NCBI GenBank assembly: GCA_964652315.1
Contig: CAZZBU010000004.1
Location: forward strand, 1,233-65,232
Direction: 5' to 3'
Source of the DNA: an uncultured Bacteroidales bacterium
Lineage (GTDB): Bacteria; Bacteroidota; Bacteroidia; Bacteroidales; JAAAOM01
DNA: 64,000 nt
Shown piece by piece: positions 1-10,656 of the stretch (within the stretch, counting starts at the first letter, position 1; the number at the start of each line of letters is the position of its first letter). Both the position numbers and the translations under genes were made by a program. Below the pieces are notes generated by a model. It had not been told where the DNA came from and did not search any database. It saw only the letters and a program-made list of their open reading frames with translations.

Positions 1-2426
1 CAAATGAACCCTTAATAATTGTTGATGGCGTACCCTTTGGATCAGAAATTGACATTGACCCCAATGACATTGAATCCATTGAAATTCTTAAAGATGTTTC
101 TTCAACGGCTATTTATGGCTCGCGGGGTGCAAACGGTGTTATAATTATTACTACCAAAAAGGGAAGTTTTCAAAAATCAAAAGTATATTTTAATTCTTAT
201 TACGGCATAACCGAAGCTTTTCAAGAAATACCCGTTTTTGATCGCGAAGGGTATATTACCGCTAAAATTGATGCCAACCGCGATATTAACGACTGGGATG
301 CTGAACCTATTTTAGAGAATGTTTTTCCTGGCGACGAACTTACTGGTTACGAAAACGGAACTGAAACCAACTGGCAGGATTTAGTTACCCGGCTGGGTAC
401 CCGCCAGAATTACCACCTTGGTTTTACCGGAGGAAGTGAAAAACTGGTGTATAACACCTCGGTAAACTATTATAACGAAAAAGGGGTGGTGTTAGCCGAT
501 CAATTCGAACGTTTTACCTTTCGATTAAATTTAGACGGAACCATTAACAAATTTTTAAAAATTGGGGGTTCAGCGCTTTTAACTTTTAAAGATCGCGATG
601 GCCGCGGACCCAGATTTACAGATGCTGTTTTGCTCTCGCCTATTGTTCCAGCTTACGATGCTGATGGAGAATATATATATCAGCCCAACTTTGCCAATCC
701 GCGTAAAAGTCCTTTGGCCCAAACTTACGATGAAGTCCAGGACCGGAACACCAGGCTTTTTTCTACCTTTTACGGGCAGGTTGATTTTTCACCCAACCTT
801 AATTTCAGGTCCAACATTGGTGTCGATTTAAGATTTAACCGCGATGGATATATGTATCCGCAAAAAGTTCCAAATGAAGGTTATACCCAATCGGGGGTTG
901 AATTAGGTAACGATTACTTATATACATGGACCAACCTGTTAAACTATTCAAACGAATTTGGCCGGCATCTCATGCATGTTACTCTGGGTCAGGAAGCTCA
1001 TGCAAGTAGAAACGAGGAATATACAATGTATGGCATGCGACAGGATTTTGACCGGAGTTTATGGTACAATTTAACTACCAATAAGGATCAACAAACAACC
1101 AGTAATCTGGTGGAACAATCGATTCTTTCGTTTTTTGGCCGCCTTAATTACAATTTTGATAACCGCTACCTGCTTAATTTTACCGGCAGGTACGATGGAG
1201 CCTCCCAGCTGGCCGAAGGTAATAAATGGGATTTCTTCCCATCAGTCGGAGGAGCCTGGCGTATTTCGGACGAAGAGTTTATGAATGCGGTTAGTTTTAT
1301 ATATGATTTAAAACTGCGGGTTGCGTATGGAGTTTCAGGGAACGCTTCTGTTGATCCATACAGTACCTCGGCAGCGTTGAACTCAAATCCCTTGTATGTG
1401 CAATTTGGTGAACCGGGCAACGAATCAACCTATTTTGGCTACCGCCCAAACACCTTGTCGAGCAAAACACTAAAGTGGGAAACAACCGAATCAACCAACG
1501 TAGGTATCGATTTTGGACTGTTGCAAAACAAAATTGTAGCTAATATTGACGCTTTTATGGCTCACACGAGCGACCTGCTGTTGTCTGACAAATTACCCCT
1601 GTCGTCCGGCTTTTTTAACATAGTAACCAATGCCGGTGAAACAAAAACCAGTGGTATTGAATTAAACCTGTCAACCATAAATATAGATGCCGGCGGATTT
1701 AAATGGACATCAAACATTACCTATTCCAAAATAAACGAGGAAATTGTTTCGCTAACTTCCGGGATAACTCAGGACATCGGCAACGGATGGTTTGTTGGGG
1801 AGCCATTAGAGGTAATTTATGATTATGATATGATCGGTGTTTGGCAATCAGACGAAGCCGAAGAAGCCGCTGCGGCTGGTAGCGCTGTTGGTCATATTAA
1901 AGTCAAAGATAATGAACCTGATGGGATCATTAATTTTGATGACAGGAAAATTCTTGGCCAGCTCAACCCGGTATGGACCGGAAGTCTTGTGAATAAATTC
2001 ACGTTTAAAGGATTTGATTTAAGAGCAAACATCTACGCCCGCATGGGGCATATGATTGATGCCAGTGCTTATGGTTTCGATCCAAGGATGTACGATAACC
2101 AGTTGGCTATTGATTATTGGACTCCCAATAATCCTACCAATGAATATCCCCGGTTGGATGCATCCTTAGCCGAAATGGATTATGAAAACCTGTTGCGTTA
2201 CAAAGACGGATCGTTTATAAAAGTGAAAAGCATAACCTTCGGGTATAATCTTCCTGATAATATCGTTTCTAAGGCCAGGCTATCAACCGCCAGGATTTAT
2301 GTTTCTTCAAATAATCCATTTATCCTGTATTCAAAACTCGATGAAGGGATTGACCCTGAAAACGGGGGGAGCTTTAGTTGGCCACTGGCCCGGACATTTC
2401 TTTTTGGTTTAAATCTTGAATTCTAA
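1..2426 (+). CDS. SusC/RagA-family TonB-dependent outer-membrane receptor (5' end lies outside the window)
   Basis: Frame 3 is open from base 3. Translation of 3-446 ([45 protein letters not shown]) is the TonB-dependent receptor plug signature and runs straight into the listed 447-2426 ORF. The protein ends in ..GLNLEF (terminal aromatic), and a SusD-like gene follows 12 nt downstream. Confidence 0.9.
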   Translation, partial: NEPLIIVDGVPFGSEIDIDPNDIESIEILKDVSSTAIYGSRGANGVIIITTKKGSFQKSKVYFNSYYGITEAFQEIPVFDREGYITAKIDANRDINDWDAEPILENVFPGDELTGYENGTETNWQDLVTRLGTRQNYHLGFTGGSEKLVYNTSVNYYNEKGVVLADQFERFTFRLNLDGTINKFLKIGGSALLTFKDRDGRGPRFTDAVLLSPIVPAYDADGEYIYQPNFANPRKSPLAQTYDEVQDRNTRLFSTFYGQVDFSPNLNFRSNIGVDLRFNRDGYMYPQKVPNEGYTQSGVELGNDYLYTWTNLLNYSNEFGRHLMHVTLGQEAHASRNEEYTMYGMRQDFDRSLWYNLTTNKDQQTTSNLVEQSILSFFGRLNYNFDNRYLLNFTGRYDGASQLAEGNKWDFFPSVGGAWRISDEEFMNAVSFIYDLKLRVAYGVSGNASVDPYSTSAALNSNPLYVQFGEPGNESTYFGYRPNTLSSKTLKWETTESTNVGIDFGLLQNKIVANIDAFMAHTSDLLLSDKLPLSSGFFNIVTNAGETKTSGIELNLSTINIDAGGFKWTSNITYSKINEEIVSLTSGITQDIGNGWFVGEPLEVIYDYDMIGVWQSDEAEEAAAAGSAVGHIKVKDNEPDGIINFDDRKILGQLNPVWTGSLVNKFTFKGFDLRANIYARMGHMIDASAYGFDPRMYDNQLAIDYWTPNNPTNEYPRLDASLAEMDYENLLRYKDGSFIKVKSITFGYNLPDNIVSKARLSTARIYVSSNNPFILYSKLDEGIDPENGGSFSWPLARTFLFGLNLEF

Positions 2427-2438
2427 AAACATACGCAA

Positions 2439-4319
2439 ATGAAACAAATTATATTTTTTATACTTATTGTAGCATTTTCTTCCCTGTCATGTTCTGACTT
2501 TTTGGAAGAAGAATACCTGAGTGGCGAAAACTCCACGACCATTACCCAATCCGAGGAAGGTATGGAGAGTTTGGTAAATGCCTCGTATATTTTTTTACGG
2601 GTTTGGTATGGTAAAGAAAATCAATGGGATTTAACCGAATCGGGTACTGATATTTATACCTGGGGCCTTGATAACCGCTCTGCTGGGTTTAATACTTACT
2701 CCGGATTGGTCGGTGAGGAGCAAGACAGAATGGCAGCTATGTGGTTTGAATTATATACCGCGTTAAATACCTGTAACCTGGCTATACGCGAAATTGATGC
2801 GGCGCCTTATGCCAGTGATGATCTTAAAATGGCACGCAAAGGCGAATTGCATTTTTTGCGCGCTCATTATCTATGGCTTGTTGTAGAAAACTGGGGTAGC
2901 GTGCATTTTATGCTCGAACCGGTTGAAGAGGCTGTTCATACAGCTAACCGCACCCCAATCGCAACATTTTACGATCAAATTATTGCCGATCTGGAGGTAG
3001 CACTCGAAAATGTGCCTCTCACAGCCGAATATGGCCGGATAACCGAACCCGTAACCAAAGCTTTTCTTGCCCGGGTTCATTTGATGTGGGGCAGTTACCT
3101 GAAAAACGGGTTAACCATTGATAATAAGGAATTTATTGCTGCTAATCAGGCTGAAAGTACCGCTAACTTTACAAAAGCCGAACAATATGCCAACGATGTA
3201 ATTTCCGACTATGATTATGAATTGTTAGCCCAATGGAGTGATATATGGAGCATTGATAACATCAAAAATGATGAAATAATTTGGGCAGTTAATTATTCAG
3301 ATGATGCTACGTTTACCCAATCGAATTTAGTTAATCCCTGGGACGAAGATGGTGAAGTGTATAATCATGAATATGCCATTCAGCGCGAAGGTGGACATCA
3401 GGGACATGTTATGTACGAAATACGGTACGAAAATTTAAGCTGGGGTATGGAACGGGATCTTTTCAACGGAAGAGGATTTCAACGTTGGATGCCTACCAAA
3501 TTTTTTATCGATTTGTTCGATGAAAATGCCGATCAGCGTTTTTATGGGTCCTTTAAAAACGTTTGGTATGCCAATTTAGAAGACGATCTTATGCCTAAAT
3601 GGAAACCCTTTATGTTTGTCGATGGGGAAAAAGTTGATGTACCCCAGGAAAAATGGACAAAACCCATGTTTCATGCCGGTGATACCAGTATATTTTTTTC
3701 CAAGACACCTGTTCCTGCAAGCCTAAAAGCCAAATTTAATCCGAATGATGTGTATAGTTTTCATCCCGAAAAAGGATACCTGATATTTGATATTAACGAT
3801 ATGTATTTGCCTGATGGAAGTCCTAATAACGACGTAATTAACCGCCAGTACTATTTCCCCATTACCAAAAAATATCAGGATACTACCCGGCTCGAACTTG
3901 CCCAGGCATTCAGCAAGCGCGATGCTTATGTTATACGTATTTCAGAAATGTATTTGATTGCTGCCGAGGCAGCCCTGGAAAACGGAAATGCACCAGAGGC
4001 ATACAGCAACTTGGAAATACTGGCAAACCATCGTGCTTATGATGGTGATGGTGCCAGTTTGCTTAGTGGCTACGGCGTGAATTCAGGGGCTGATGTAACC
4101 ATCGACTTTTTACTTGACGAACGTGCCAGAGAACTGGCTACCGAAGGCCTTCGATATTGGGACCTAAAACGTACCGGAAAACTGCTGGAACGTGTACAGG
4201 CCCATAATCCGGATGCCGCACCAAATATTGATGAAAAACATTACCTGCGGTTTATTCCCCAGGAGCAGTTGGATGCTATTCGCAATAAAGAAGAGTTCAC
4301 TCAAAACCCTGGATATTAA
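2439..4319 (+). CDS. SusD/RagB-family nutrient-binding outer-membrane lipoprotein
   Basis: Lipoprotein signal ..AFSSLSC. About 626 aa, immediately downstream of the SusC-like gene. C-terminal ..ERARELATEGLRYWDLKRTG.. motif is typical of SusD-like proteins. Confidence 0.9.
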   Translation: MKQIIFFILIVAFSSLSCSDFLEEEYLSGENSTTITQSEEGMESLVNASYIFLRVWYGKENQWDLTESGTDIYTWGLDNRSAGFNTYSGLVGEEQDRMAAMWFELYTALNTCNLAIREIDAAPYASDDLKMARKGELHFLRAHYLWLVVENWGSVHFMLEPVEEAVHTANRTPIATFYDQIIADLEVALENVPLTAEYGRITEPVTKAFLARVHLMWGSYLKNGLTIDNKEFIAANQAESTANFTKAEQYANDVISDYDYELLAQWSDIWSIDNIKNDEIIWAVNYSDDATFTQSNLVNPWDEDGEVYNHEYAIQREGGHQGHVMYEIRYENLSWGMERDLFNGRGFQRWMPTKFFIDLFDENADQRFYGSFKNVWYANLEDDLMPKWKPFMFVDGEKVDVPQEKWTKPMFHAGDTSIFFSKTPVPASLKAKFNPNDVYSFHPEKGYLIFDINDMYLPDGSPNNDVINRQYYFPITKKYQDTTRLELAQAFSKRDAYVIRISEMYLIAAEAALENGNAPEAYSNLEILANHRAYDGDGASLLSGYGVNSGADVTIDFLLDERARELATEGLRYWDLKRTGKLLERVQAHNPDAAPNIDEKHYLRFIPQEQLDAIRNKEEFTQNPGY

Positions 4320-4379
4320 AATAATACAACGACAAGAGTATGTATCACTAATTATTATGTTAAACTAATCTTACAAATT

Positions 4380-7300
4380 ATGAAGCGAAAATTTTTACTT
4401 ATTATGGCATTTGTCCTGGCTTATACATTTTGTGCCAGTACAGAGTTGTTCTCTCAGGTAACGTCAACACTAAATAAAGGTTCGGTTTATTATATGGTCA
4501 AACCTGGCAATGTTGATGATGTTGATGTTCTATTGGATCAAGAAGTAATTAATGATCTTGAAACAGCCGGATACGAGGTAACGCAGACTTACCCTGGAGA
4601 TGGAGGAGCTATTAATGCAATGGAGCTTAATGGCGCTGATGTGGTAATTATCGGTAGAAATATTAGTAGCGGTGATTTTAAACTTGCCGATGAATGGGCC
4701 GATCTGGATGTGCCGGTAATCATGTTGTCTGGCTATGTTGTTCGTAGCAGCATTCTCGGGTATTTAAATACCACTTCTGTAAAAAGAGAAGCCACAGAGG
4801 CTGTTGAAACCAATAAAGACCGTGTAACCATGGCTAAGGTGGAAGATGTATCTGACTATGCTTTTCAAAACATAGAAGTTGAAAATGAAAAGATAGGTTG
4901 GATGACATGGTTCTACGACTATTTAGCTTATGGTGTGGATTCTTTTGCAACTACTAACAATGGTAAAGTTTTGGCTTCAATTGTTGATGCCGATACTACT
5001 GCTGCTAATGGCAATGTGCTAATGGCACGTTGGGAACCCGGTGTAGAAACGTACGATGGTTCAGGCATTACGCCAAAATCCTACCGTACTTACCTGCAAA
5101 TGGGCGCCGATGACAAGAGCGATCCTAAAAAGATAAATTATGCGCAATATACCGATGCATCGTTTCAGGTTCTTGTAAATGAGATTAACTTCCTTATCCG
5201 CACCTACCAAAATGTTCATTACTATGTTAAAGATGGTAACGTTGACGATGATGACGTTTTATATGACCAACAAGTGCTTGACGATTTGGAAGCTGCAGGT
5301 TACACAAACATTACCCAGACCTATACTGGTGACGGGGGTGCTATTAATATACCTGAACTTAACTCAACCGACCTGATTATTCTCGGACGTAATGTCAACA
5401 GCGGTGATTTTACATCAGCCGAAGATTGGGCAGAGGTTGAGGCTCCTGTATTAATCCTTTCCAGTTGGCTTGTCCGTAACAATCGGTTGAAACTTTTAAA
5501 TTCCAGCTCTGTAAAGCGCGAAATTGGCAATGCTGTAGAAACAAACAAAGACCGGGTAACAAATGCGCTTATTGCCGATGAAGCCGATTCAGCATTTATT
5601 GGTGTTGAACTTACTAATGGTAAAATGGGTTGGATGACCTGGTTTTACGATTATCTGGCTTATGGTATTGATTCATTTGCTACTACCAACAACGGTAAAT
5701 TGCTCGCTTCAGTAGTTGATGCTGACACTGCACGTGCAAATGGCAATGTACTTATGGTTCGCTGGGAAGCGGGTGTGGAAACCTATCCTGGTTCCGAGAC
5801 TACGCCAAAAGGCTATCGTACCTATCTTCAAATGGGTGCCGATGACAGCAGCGATCCTAAAAACAGGAACTATGCACAATATACTGATGCTTCGTTTAAA
5901 GTTATCCTTAATGAAATGAACTTACTGGCCGGTACAATGCCAGGCAAGGTAATGGAAGAAATTTCATCGGATGCTAAACTGACTGCTATTACGGTTAGTG
6001 TTGGTTCGCTTGATCCTGCATTTAGTCCGGATGTTACAACCTACAACGTTGAACTTCCCGAAGGTACTACCGATGTACCTGTCGTAGAGGCTACCAAAAG
6101 CAATGAATCTGCTACAGTTGAGATAGTAGATGCTACTGAATTGCCCGGAACCACTACCATTCGCGTAACAGCCCAGGATCAGGTAACTGTTGAAACTTAT
6201 TTAATTACTTTTAAAGTTGCCGGTAGTGGTGATACCGAAGAAGGTGTTGTTGAACCAGGAGTAGGCACACTGGACGAAGCGGTTATGCTTGCCAGTGACG
6301 GTGATACATTGATTTTGGAAAACGGAGCTAAGTATGATATTCTTTCGTCGTTAGTAATTGACAAAGAACTGGTAATTATCGCTAAGGATATACCTGAGTT
6401 ACCCGCGTTGGATAACATGCCGGTAATATCTAACATGTTTACATCAACCTCGGTATTTAATTTAAGTGCAAATTGTAATTTGACCCTTATTGGTATTGAT
6501 GTTGATGGTTTGGGCGGATCGTTTATTTTTGATCCCATGAGTGACTCAGATCATACGGTTAACTTGTATGTAAACCGGTGTAGGTTACATAATACTACCG
6601 ATGACATCTTCAACGATGATGGATCATATACCAATAACATCACCTTAGGAAATGTCTGGGTTAGAAACTCCTTTATGTACGACTCTGGTAATGGTCATGG
6701 TATTTATACCAAAAACTTTAACACGAATGGTTCGGTTTGGAAATTTGATAACATAACCATGTGGAACCTGGGTCAGCAGTTTACCTGGATAAGGGTTTAT
6801 GGCGAAGGATTAACCCAGGAACTGGTATTTGATCATATTACCGGGTATAATTTGTCTACCTCAGCTGATAACAAAGAGTTGTTCGGTAACGACGAGAAAG
6901 CTGCCGACGATGGTAAAGCGTCATTGGATATCGATTTCAAAAATAACATCTTACATACTCAGGCTTCGGATAACGACGGGCTCATTTTCAAAAATTCGGA
7001 TGGATTCCATGATATTAAGATCCATCATAACGTATTATTTGAGGTTGGCGCCATTGTAAACACCGAAGTGTTAACCGTAAATGATAATATGGAAGATACC
7101 GATCCTCAGTTTGCTGATCCGGAAAATGGAGACTTTACTGTGGGTAATGCTGATCTGTACACAGCAGCAGACGATGGTGAAATTGTTGGTGCACTCTACT
7201 GGCATCCTGATTTTGTTGATACTTTTGAGGATGTAGCCACAGGTATTAACGATTTGATAGCCGACGATCGTAACGCAGCTAATGTTACGGTTTATCCAAA

Positions 7301-7529
7301 TCCGTTTAGTTCTGAAATTAACATTACCGCTAATTTGTTAATGAAAAACAGTATTTCGGTATCTGTTTATAATATGAGCGGGCAGTTAGTGAAAAGCAAT
7401 AGCTTTGGAACTACACCGGCAGGTAAGCATACGTTTACACTTAATGTCGATAACCTCGAATCTGGAATTTACTTCTACCAGGTTGTTACCAACAAGGTGA
7501 TAAGTACAGGAAAAATTGTAAAACGTTAA
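4380..7529 (+). CDS. Large secreted multidomain protein in the position of a surface glycan-binding protein: two tandem ~240-aa modules, cadherin-like beta-sandwich, pectate-lyase-like parallel beta-helix, T9SS C-terminal sorting domain
   Basis: Signal peptide MKRKFLLIMAFVLAYTF. Internal duplication, listed as a separate repeat feature. ..LTAITVSVGSLDPAFSPDVTTYNVELPEGT.. resembles the cadherin-like beta-sandwich. The region from aa ~620 is rich in N/D/G turn repeats (..TLILENGAKYD.., ..LIGIDVDG..), consistent with a beta-helix. The C-terminus VTVYPNPFSSEINI...GIYFYQVV...GKIVKR is a T9SS-type CTD. The gene sits directly after SusD in a pectin locus. Confidence 0.7.
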   Translation: MKRKFLLIMAFVLAYTFCASTELFSQVTSTLNKGSVYYMVKPGNVDDVDVLLDQEVINDLETAGYEVTQTYPGDGGAINAMELNGADVVIIGRNISSGDFKLADEWADLDVPVIMLSGYVVRSSILGYLNTTSVKREATEAVETNKDRVTMAKVEDVSDYAFQNIEVENEKIGWMTWFYDYLAYGVDSFATTNNGKVLASIVDADTTAANGNVLMARWEPGVETYDGSGITPKSYRTYLQMGADDKSDPKKINYAQYTDASFQVLVNEINFLIRTYQNVHYYVKDGNVDDDDVLYDQQVLDDLEAAGYTNITQTYTGDGGAINIPELNSTDLIILGRNVNSGDFTSAEDWAEVEAPVLILSSWLVRNNRLKLLNSSSVKREIGNAVETNKDRVTNALIADEADSAFIGVELTNGKMGWMTWFYDYLAYGIDSFATTNNGKLLASVVDADTARANGNVLMVRWEAGVETYPGSETTPKGYRTYLQMGADDSSDPKNRNYAQYTDASFKVILNEMNLLAGTMPGKVMEEISSDAKLTAITVSVGSLDPAFSPDVTTYNVELPEGTTDVPVVEATKSNESATVEIVDATELPGTTTIRVTAQDQVTVETYLITFKVAGSGDTEEGVVEPGVGTLDEAVMLASDGDTLILENGAKYDILSSLVIDKELVIIAKDIPELPALDNMPVISNMFTSTSVFNLSANCNLTLIGIDVDGLGGSFIFDPMSDSDHTVNLYVNRCRLHNTTDDIFNDDGSYTNNITLGNVWVRNSFMYDSGNGHGIYTKNFNTNGSVWKFDNITMWNLGQQFTWIRVYGEGLTQELVFDHITGYNLSTSADNKELFGNDEKAADDGKASLDIDFKNNILHTQASDNDGLIFKNSDGFHDIKIHHNVLFEVGAIVNTEVLTVNDNMEDTDPQFADPENGDFTVGNADLYTAADDGEIVGALYWHPDFVDTFEDVATGINDLIADDRNAANVTVYPNPFSSEINITANLLMKNSISVSVYNMSGQLVKSNSFGTTPAGKHTFTLNVDNLESGIYFYQVVTNKVISTGKIVKR
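4476..5930 (+). repeat. In-frame tandem duplication inside the 4380-7529 CDS (copy 1 ~4476-5192, copy 2 ~5208-5930, period ~732 nt / 244 aa)
   Basis: The copies align along their whole length, e.g. YYMVKPGNVDDVDVLLDQEVINDLETAGYEVTQTYPGDGGAIN vs YYVKDGNVDDDDVLYDQQVLDDLEAAGYTNITQTYTGDGGAIN. Also GWMTWFYDYLAYGVDSFATTNNGKVLASIVDADT vs GWMTWFYDYLAYGIDSFATTNNGKLLASVVDADT, and YRTYLQMGADDKSDPKKINYAQYTDASF vs YRTYLQMGADDSSDPKNRNYAQYTDASF. Confidence 0.9.
7284..7526 (+). other. T9SS type-A C-terminal sorting domain (CTD) of the 4380-7529 protein
   Basis: VTVYPNPFSSEINITANL..VSVYNMSGQLV..GKHTFTLNVDNLESGIYFYQVVTNKVISTGKIVKR shows the characteristic YPNP start, the G(I/V)YF motif and a basic C-terminus. 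Confidence 0.8.
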
Positions 7530-7571
7530 GTGGTAGTTTTCTGATAATACATTAAATTTTAGTTAGTAAAA

Positions 7572-7624
7572 GGGGGCTTTTATACAGGTGATGAGGTATG
7601 TTGCCTTATAAAGGCCCTTTTTTT
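7572..7624 (+). terminator. Possible rho-independent terminator after the 4380-7529 gene
   Basis: Imperfect inverted repeat GGGGGCTTTTATA ... TATAAAGGCCC followed by a T7 run at 7618-7624. The loop is large and the stem imperfect, so this is weakly supported. Confidence 0.3.
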
Positions 7625-7661
7625 AATCTGTTTGTTTTTCATTTTTAAGTCACTTCAGCAC

Positions 7662-9077
7662 ATGAAAAATCTTATATACATAATTCTTTTGGTTTTTATT
7701 GGGTGTCAGAACAGTAACAATACCTCAGATAAATCGGTTGTTATAGCGGGGTTACTTACTGATCCATGGCAATATAAAGATTCAATCATTTCTCAGATTC
7801 AACCTGTTAGTTTTCCCGACACGGTATTTACCATAACAGATTTTGGTGCTGTAGGCGATGGAGAAACGGATTGTACAGAAGCCATTAATAATGCAATTAC
7901 AGCATGTTCCGGGGCCGGAGGAGGAATGGTTGAAATAACTGAGGGGGTTTGGTATACCGGGGCCATCACACTTAAAAGCAATGTTAATCTTCATATTTCT
8001 GAGGGTGCCACCTTATTGTTTACCACCGAAAAAACTAAATATCTGCCAGTAGTTCATACCCGTTTTGAAGGAATGGAATGCATGAACTACTCACCCTTGA
8101 TTTATGCCTATAAACAAGAAAATATTGCAGTTACCGGAAAAGGTAAAATTGACGGTCAGGGCGAAGCCTGGTGGCCGTGGAAAGGAAAATGGAGTGGATC
8201 GGTTGATCATGCATACGATGAGCAAACATCAGAGAATCAACTGGAGGATGTTAAAAGATTAAACCAAATGGTAGCGGATAATGTGCCGCTTGAAGAACGT
8301 ATTTTTGGCCAAGGGCACTACCTGCGATCGAGTTTTATTCAACCTTATTTGTGTAAAAATGTGTTGATCGAAGGAATTTCTATTGAACGGTCGCCCATGT
8401 GGATTATTCATCCTGTGTTATGCGAAAATGTTACGGTTCGTAAAGTTAAAATTGAATCGCTGGGACCTAATAACGATGGATGCAACCCCGAGTCGTGTAC
8501 AAACGTTTTAATCGACAGCTGCTATTTTAATACCGGCGATGATTGTATCGCCATTAAATCAGGAAGGAACAACGATGGAAGACGAATTGGTGTTCCGAGT
8601 AAAAACATAGTGGTACAGAATTGTACGATGGTTGAGGGTCATGGCGGGGTAGTAATCGGTAGCGAAGTTTCCGGTAATGTGTCGCACGTGTTTGCCGAAA
8701 ATTGCACCATGAACAGTCCGCATCTCGAACGTGCCATACGCTTTAAAACAAATACCCTCAGAGGCGGAACGGTTGAACATATTTATGTCCGCAACATTGA
8801 GGTTAAACAGGTAAAGGAAGCCGTACTTAAAATTAATCTGTTCTACGAGGGCGGTACCGGAGACAATATTCCTGTGGTTCAAAATATTTATCTCGAGAAT
8901 GTAAACAGTCAAAGAAGTGACTATGGCTATTGGATTAAAGGCATAAAAAACCATCCTGTTACAGGTATTCATCTGGTAGACTGTTCGTTCAACAACGTGG
9001 ATAACAAATATTTTGAAGAAAATGTAGCCAACATAACCTTTACCAACGTTAAAATTAATGGCGAGCTTCTGGAATAA
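7662..9077 (+). CDS. Glycoside hydrolase family 28 (polygalacturonase / rhamnogalacturonase-type), lipoprotein
   Basis: GH28-type motifs are present: ..GPNNDGCNPESC.., ..NTGDDCIAIKSGRN.., ..GHGGVVIGSE.., ..RAIRFKTN... Lipobox LLVFIGC follows the ATG at 7662. The listed ORF starts at an upstream TTG (7632), which is less likely. Confidence 0.85.
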   Translation: MKNLIYIILLVFIGCQNSNNTSDKSVVIAGLLTDPWQYKDSIISQIQPVSFPDTVFTITDFGAVGDGETDCTEAINNAITACSGAGGGMVEITEGVWYTGAITLKSNVNLHISEGATLLFTTEKTKYLPVVHTRFEGMECMNYSPLIYAYKQENIAVTGKGKIDGQGEAWWPWKGKWSGSVDHAYDEQTSENQLEDVKRLNQMVADNVPLEERIFGQGHYLRSSFIQPYLCKNVLIEGISIERSPMWIIHPVLCENVTVRKVKIESLGPNNDGCNPESCTNVLIDSCYFNTGDDCIAIKSGRNNDGRRIGVPSKNIVVQNCTMVEGHGGVVIGSEVSGNVSHVFAENCTMNSPHLERAIRFKTNTLRGGTVEHIYVRNIEVKQVKEAVLKINLFYEGGTGDNIPVVQNIYLENVNSQRSDYGYWIKGIKNHPVTGIHLVDCSFNNVDNKYFEENVANITFTNVKINGELLE

Positions 9078-9151
9078 AAAAATATCGATGCTGGAGTAGT
9101 CGAATACAGCACAATACAAAATCGATGCTTACACAGAATACACACATATTA

Positions 9152-10600
9152 ATGAAATTAAAGCGGATTGTCTTTTTGCTTTTTATGGGTTTGATCATGC
9201 AACCAGGCGTTTCTTTTTCTAGATCTGCTACCGTTGAAGACAGCCTTTCGGTAAAAATGGCCGAATCGGTAATACACCGAAGTCCTGATAATTACGGAGA
9301 TTGGGACTATGTAACCGGAACTGTATTAAAAGCTTTTCAGGAGCTTTGGCTGGCTACCGGCGACGATAGATATTTCAAATACATTAAACGTACCGTTGAT
9401 AAGGTTGTAAATGCAAATGGAAGCATCGATAATTATAAACTTACAGATTACAATATTGATGAAATAAGAGAAGGAAGTGCCCTGCTTTTTCTTTACAGCC
9501 AAACCGGACTTGAAAAATACAGAACGGCTGCAGATTTATTGCGAAGCCAACTCGAGCATCAACCCCGCACCTCCGAAGGTGGGTTTTGGCACAAACAACG
9601 ATACCCGAACCAAATGTGGCTGGACGGGCTTTATATGGGCAGTCCTTTTTATGCCGAGTACGGAAAACTATTCAATGAACCCGGCGCTTTTGACGATGTG
9701 GCCAATCAAATTCTTTTAATGGAAAAGCATTTGAAAGATTCCGTAACGGGCTTATATTTTCATGGATGGGACGAAAGCCGCGAACAGGAATGGGCCGACA
9801 TTCATTCGGGAGTTTCCTCTGCATTTTGGGGAAGGGGCATGGGATGGTTTGCTATGGCTCTTGTTGATATCCTTGATTATTTGCCATCGGATCACCCCAA
9901 AAGAGATACCATTATTGATATTATTGCACACTTCTTTGAGGCGGTATCAAACCATCAGGATTCTGAAACCGGATTATGGTATCAGGTTATTGATAAGCCC
10001 GACAGTGTAGGCAATTATCATGAAGCTTCTGCATCATGTATGTTCGTTTATGCCATGGCCAAAGCCGTCCGGTTAAATTATGTCGAGCCTGTATACAGAT
10101 TAATTGCTTATAAAGGATATAAAGGCATAGCAGAGCACTTAATTACTAAAAAAAGAGGAGTGCTTTCTATTAATAATATCTGTAAGAGTGCCGGCTTAGG
10201 CTATGGACGGGATGGCACCTACAATTATTATATTAATGAAACAGAAAAAGTTAGTAACGATGGCAAGGCCATAGGCCCTTTTATCCTTGCTGCGCTTGAA
10301 TTTGAAAATCTTCAGCATGTAACCCGTGCAACCGATGAAAAACAAAACATTAACCCTGTTACCCTGCACCCCAACCCGGCAAAAGACAACATTGTAGTTA
10401 CCCTGAATAGAAAGATTGACACGCAGATTGAAATAAAAATAATAAATATTACTGGTGCTCCTATTAGCACAAAAACCTTTATCCCATCTCAAAGTTCTCT
10501 AATGAAATTTAATATAGCGGATTATAAAAATGGAGTTTATTTTATGTTGGTGAATATGTCAGGGACTACGCATATTCACAAATTTATTGTATTAAAATAG
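9152..10600 (+). CDS. Glycoside hydrolase family 105 (unsaturated rhamnogalacturonyl hydrolase, YteR/YesR-like) with T9SS CTD
   Basis: GH105 hallmarks GGFWHKQRYPNQMWLDGLYMG and FWGRGMGWFAMALVD. C-terminal VTLHPNPAKDNIVV...GVYFMLVN...HKFIVLK (10358-10597) is a T9SS CTD. An alternative ATG lies at 9125; 9152 gives a cleaner signal peptide (MKLKRIVFLLFMG). Confidence 0.85.
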   Translation: MKLKRIVFLLFMGLIMQPGVSFSRSATVEDSLSVKMAESVIHRSPDNYGDWDYVTGTVLKAFQELWLATGDDRYFKYIKRTVDKVVNANGSIDNYKLTDYNIDEIREGSALLFLYSQTGLEKYRTAADLLRSQLEHQPRTSEGGFWHKQRYPNQMWLDGLYMGSPFYAEYGKLFNEPGAFDDVANQILLMEKHLKDSVTGLYFHGWDESREQEWADIHSGVSSAFWGRGMGWFAMALVDILDYLPSDHPKRDTIIDIIAHFFEAVSNHQDSETGLWYQVIDKPDSVGNYHEASASCMFVYAMAKAVRLNYVEPVYRLIAYKGYKGIAEHLITKKRGVLSINNICKSAGLGYGRDGTYNYYINETEKVSNDGKAIGPFILAALEFENLQHVTRATDEKQNINPVTLHPNPAKDNIVVTLNRKIDTQIEIKIINITGAPISTKTFIPSQSSLMKFNIADYKNGVYFMLVNMSGTTHIHKFIVLK

Positions 10601-10656
10601 TTCTGGAAAAATAGTGCTTAGCTGGTTTTTAAATTTATTTTGAAACACAATATACT

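Noticed and set aside
8559-9119. 186-aa minus-strand ORF
   Set aside because: Lies mostly antisense to the GH28 gene, which has strong family motifs. Its composition is biased and no motifs are present, so it is a shadow ORF.
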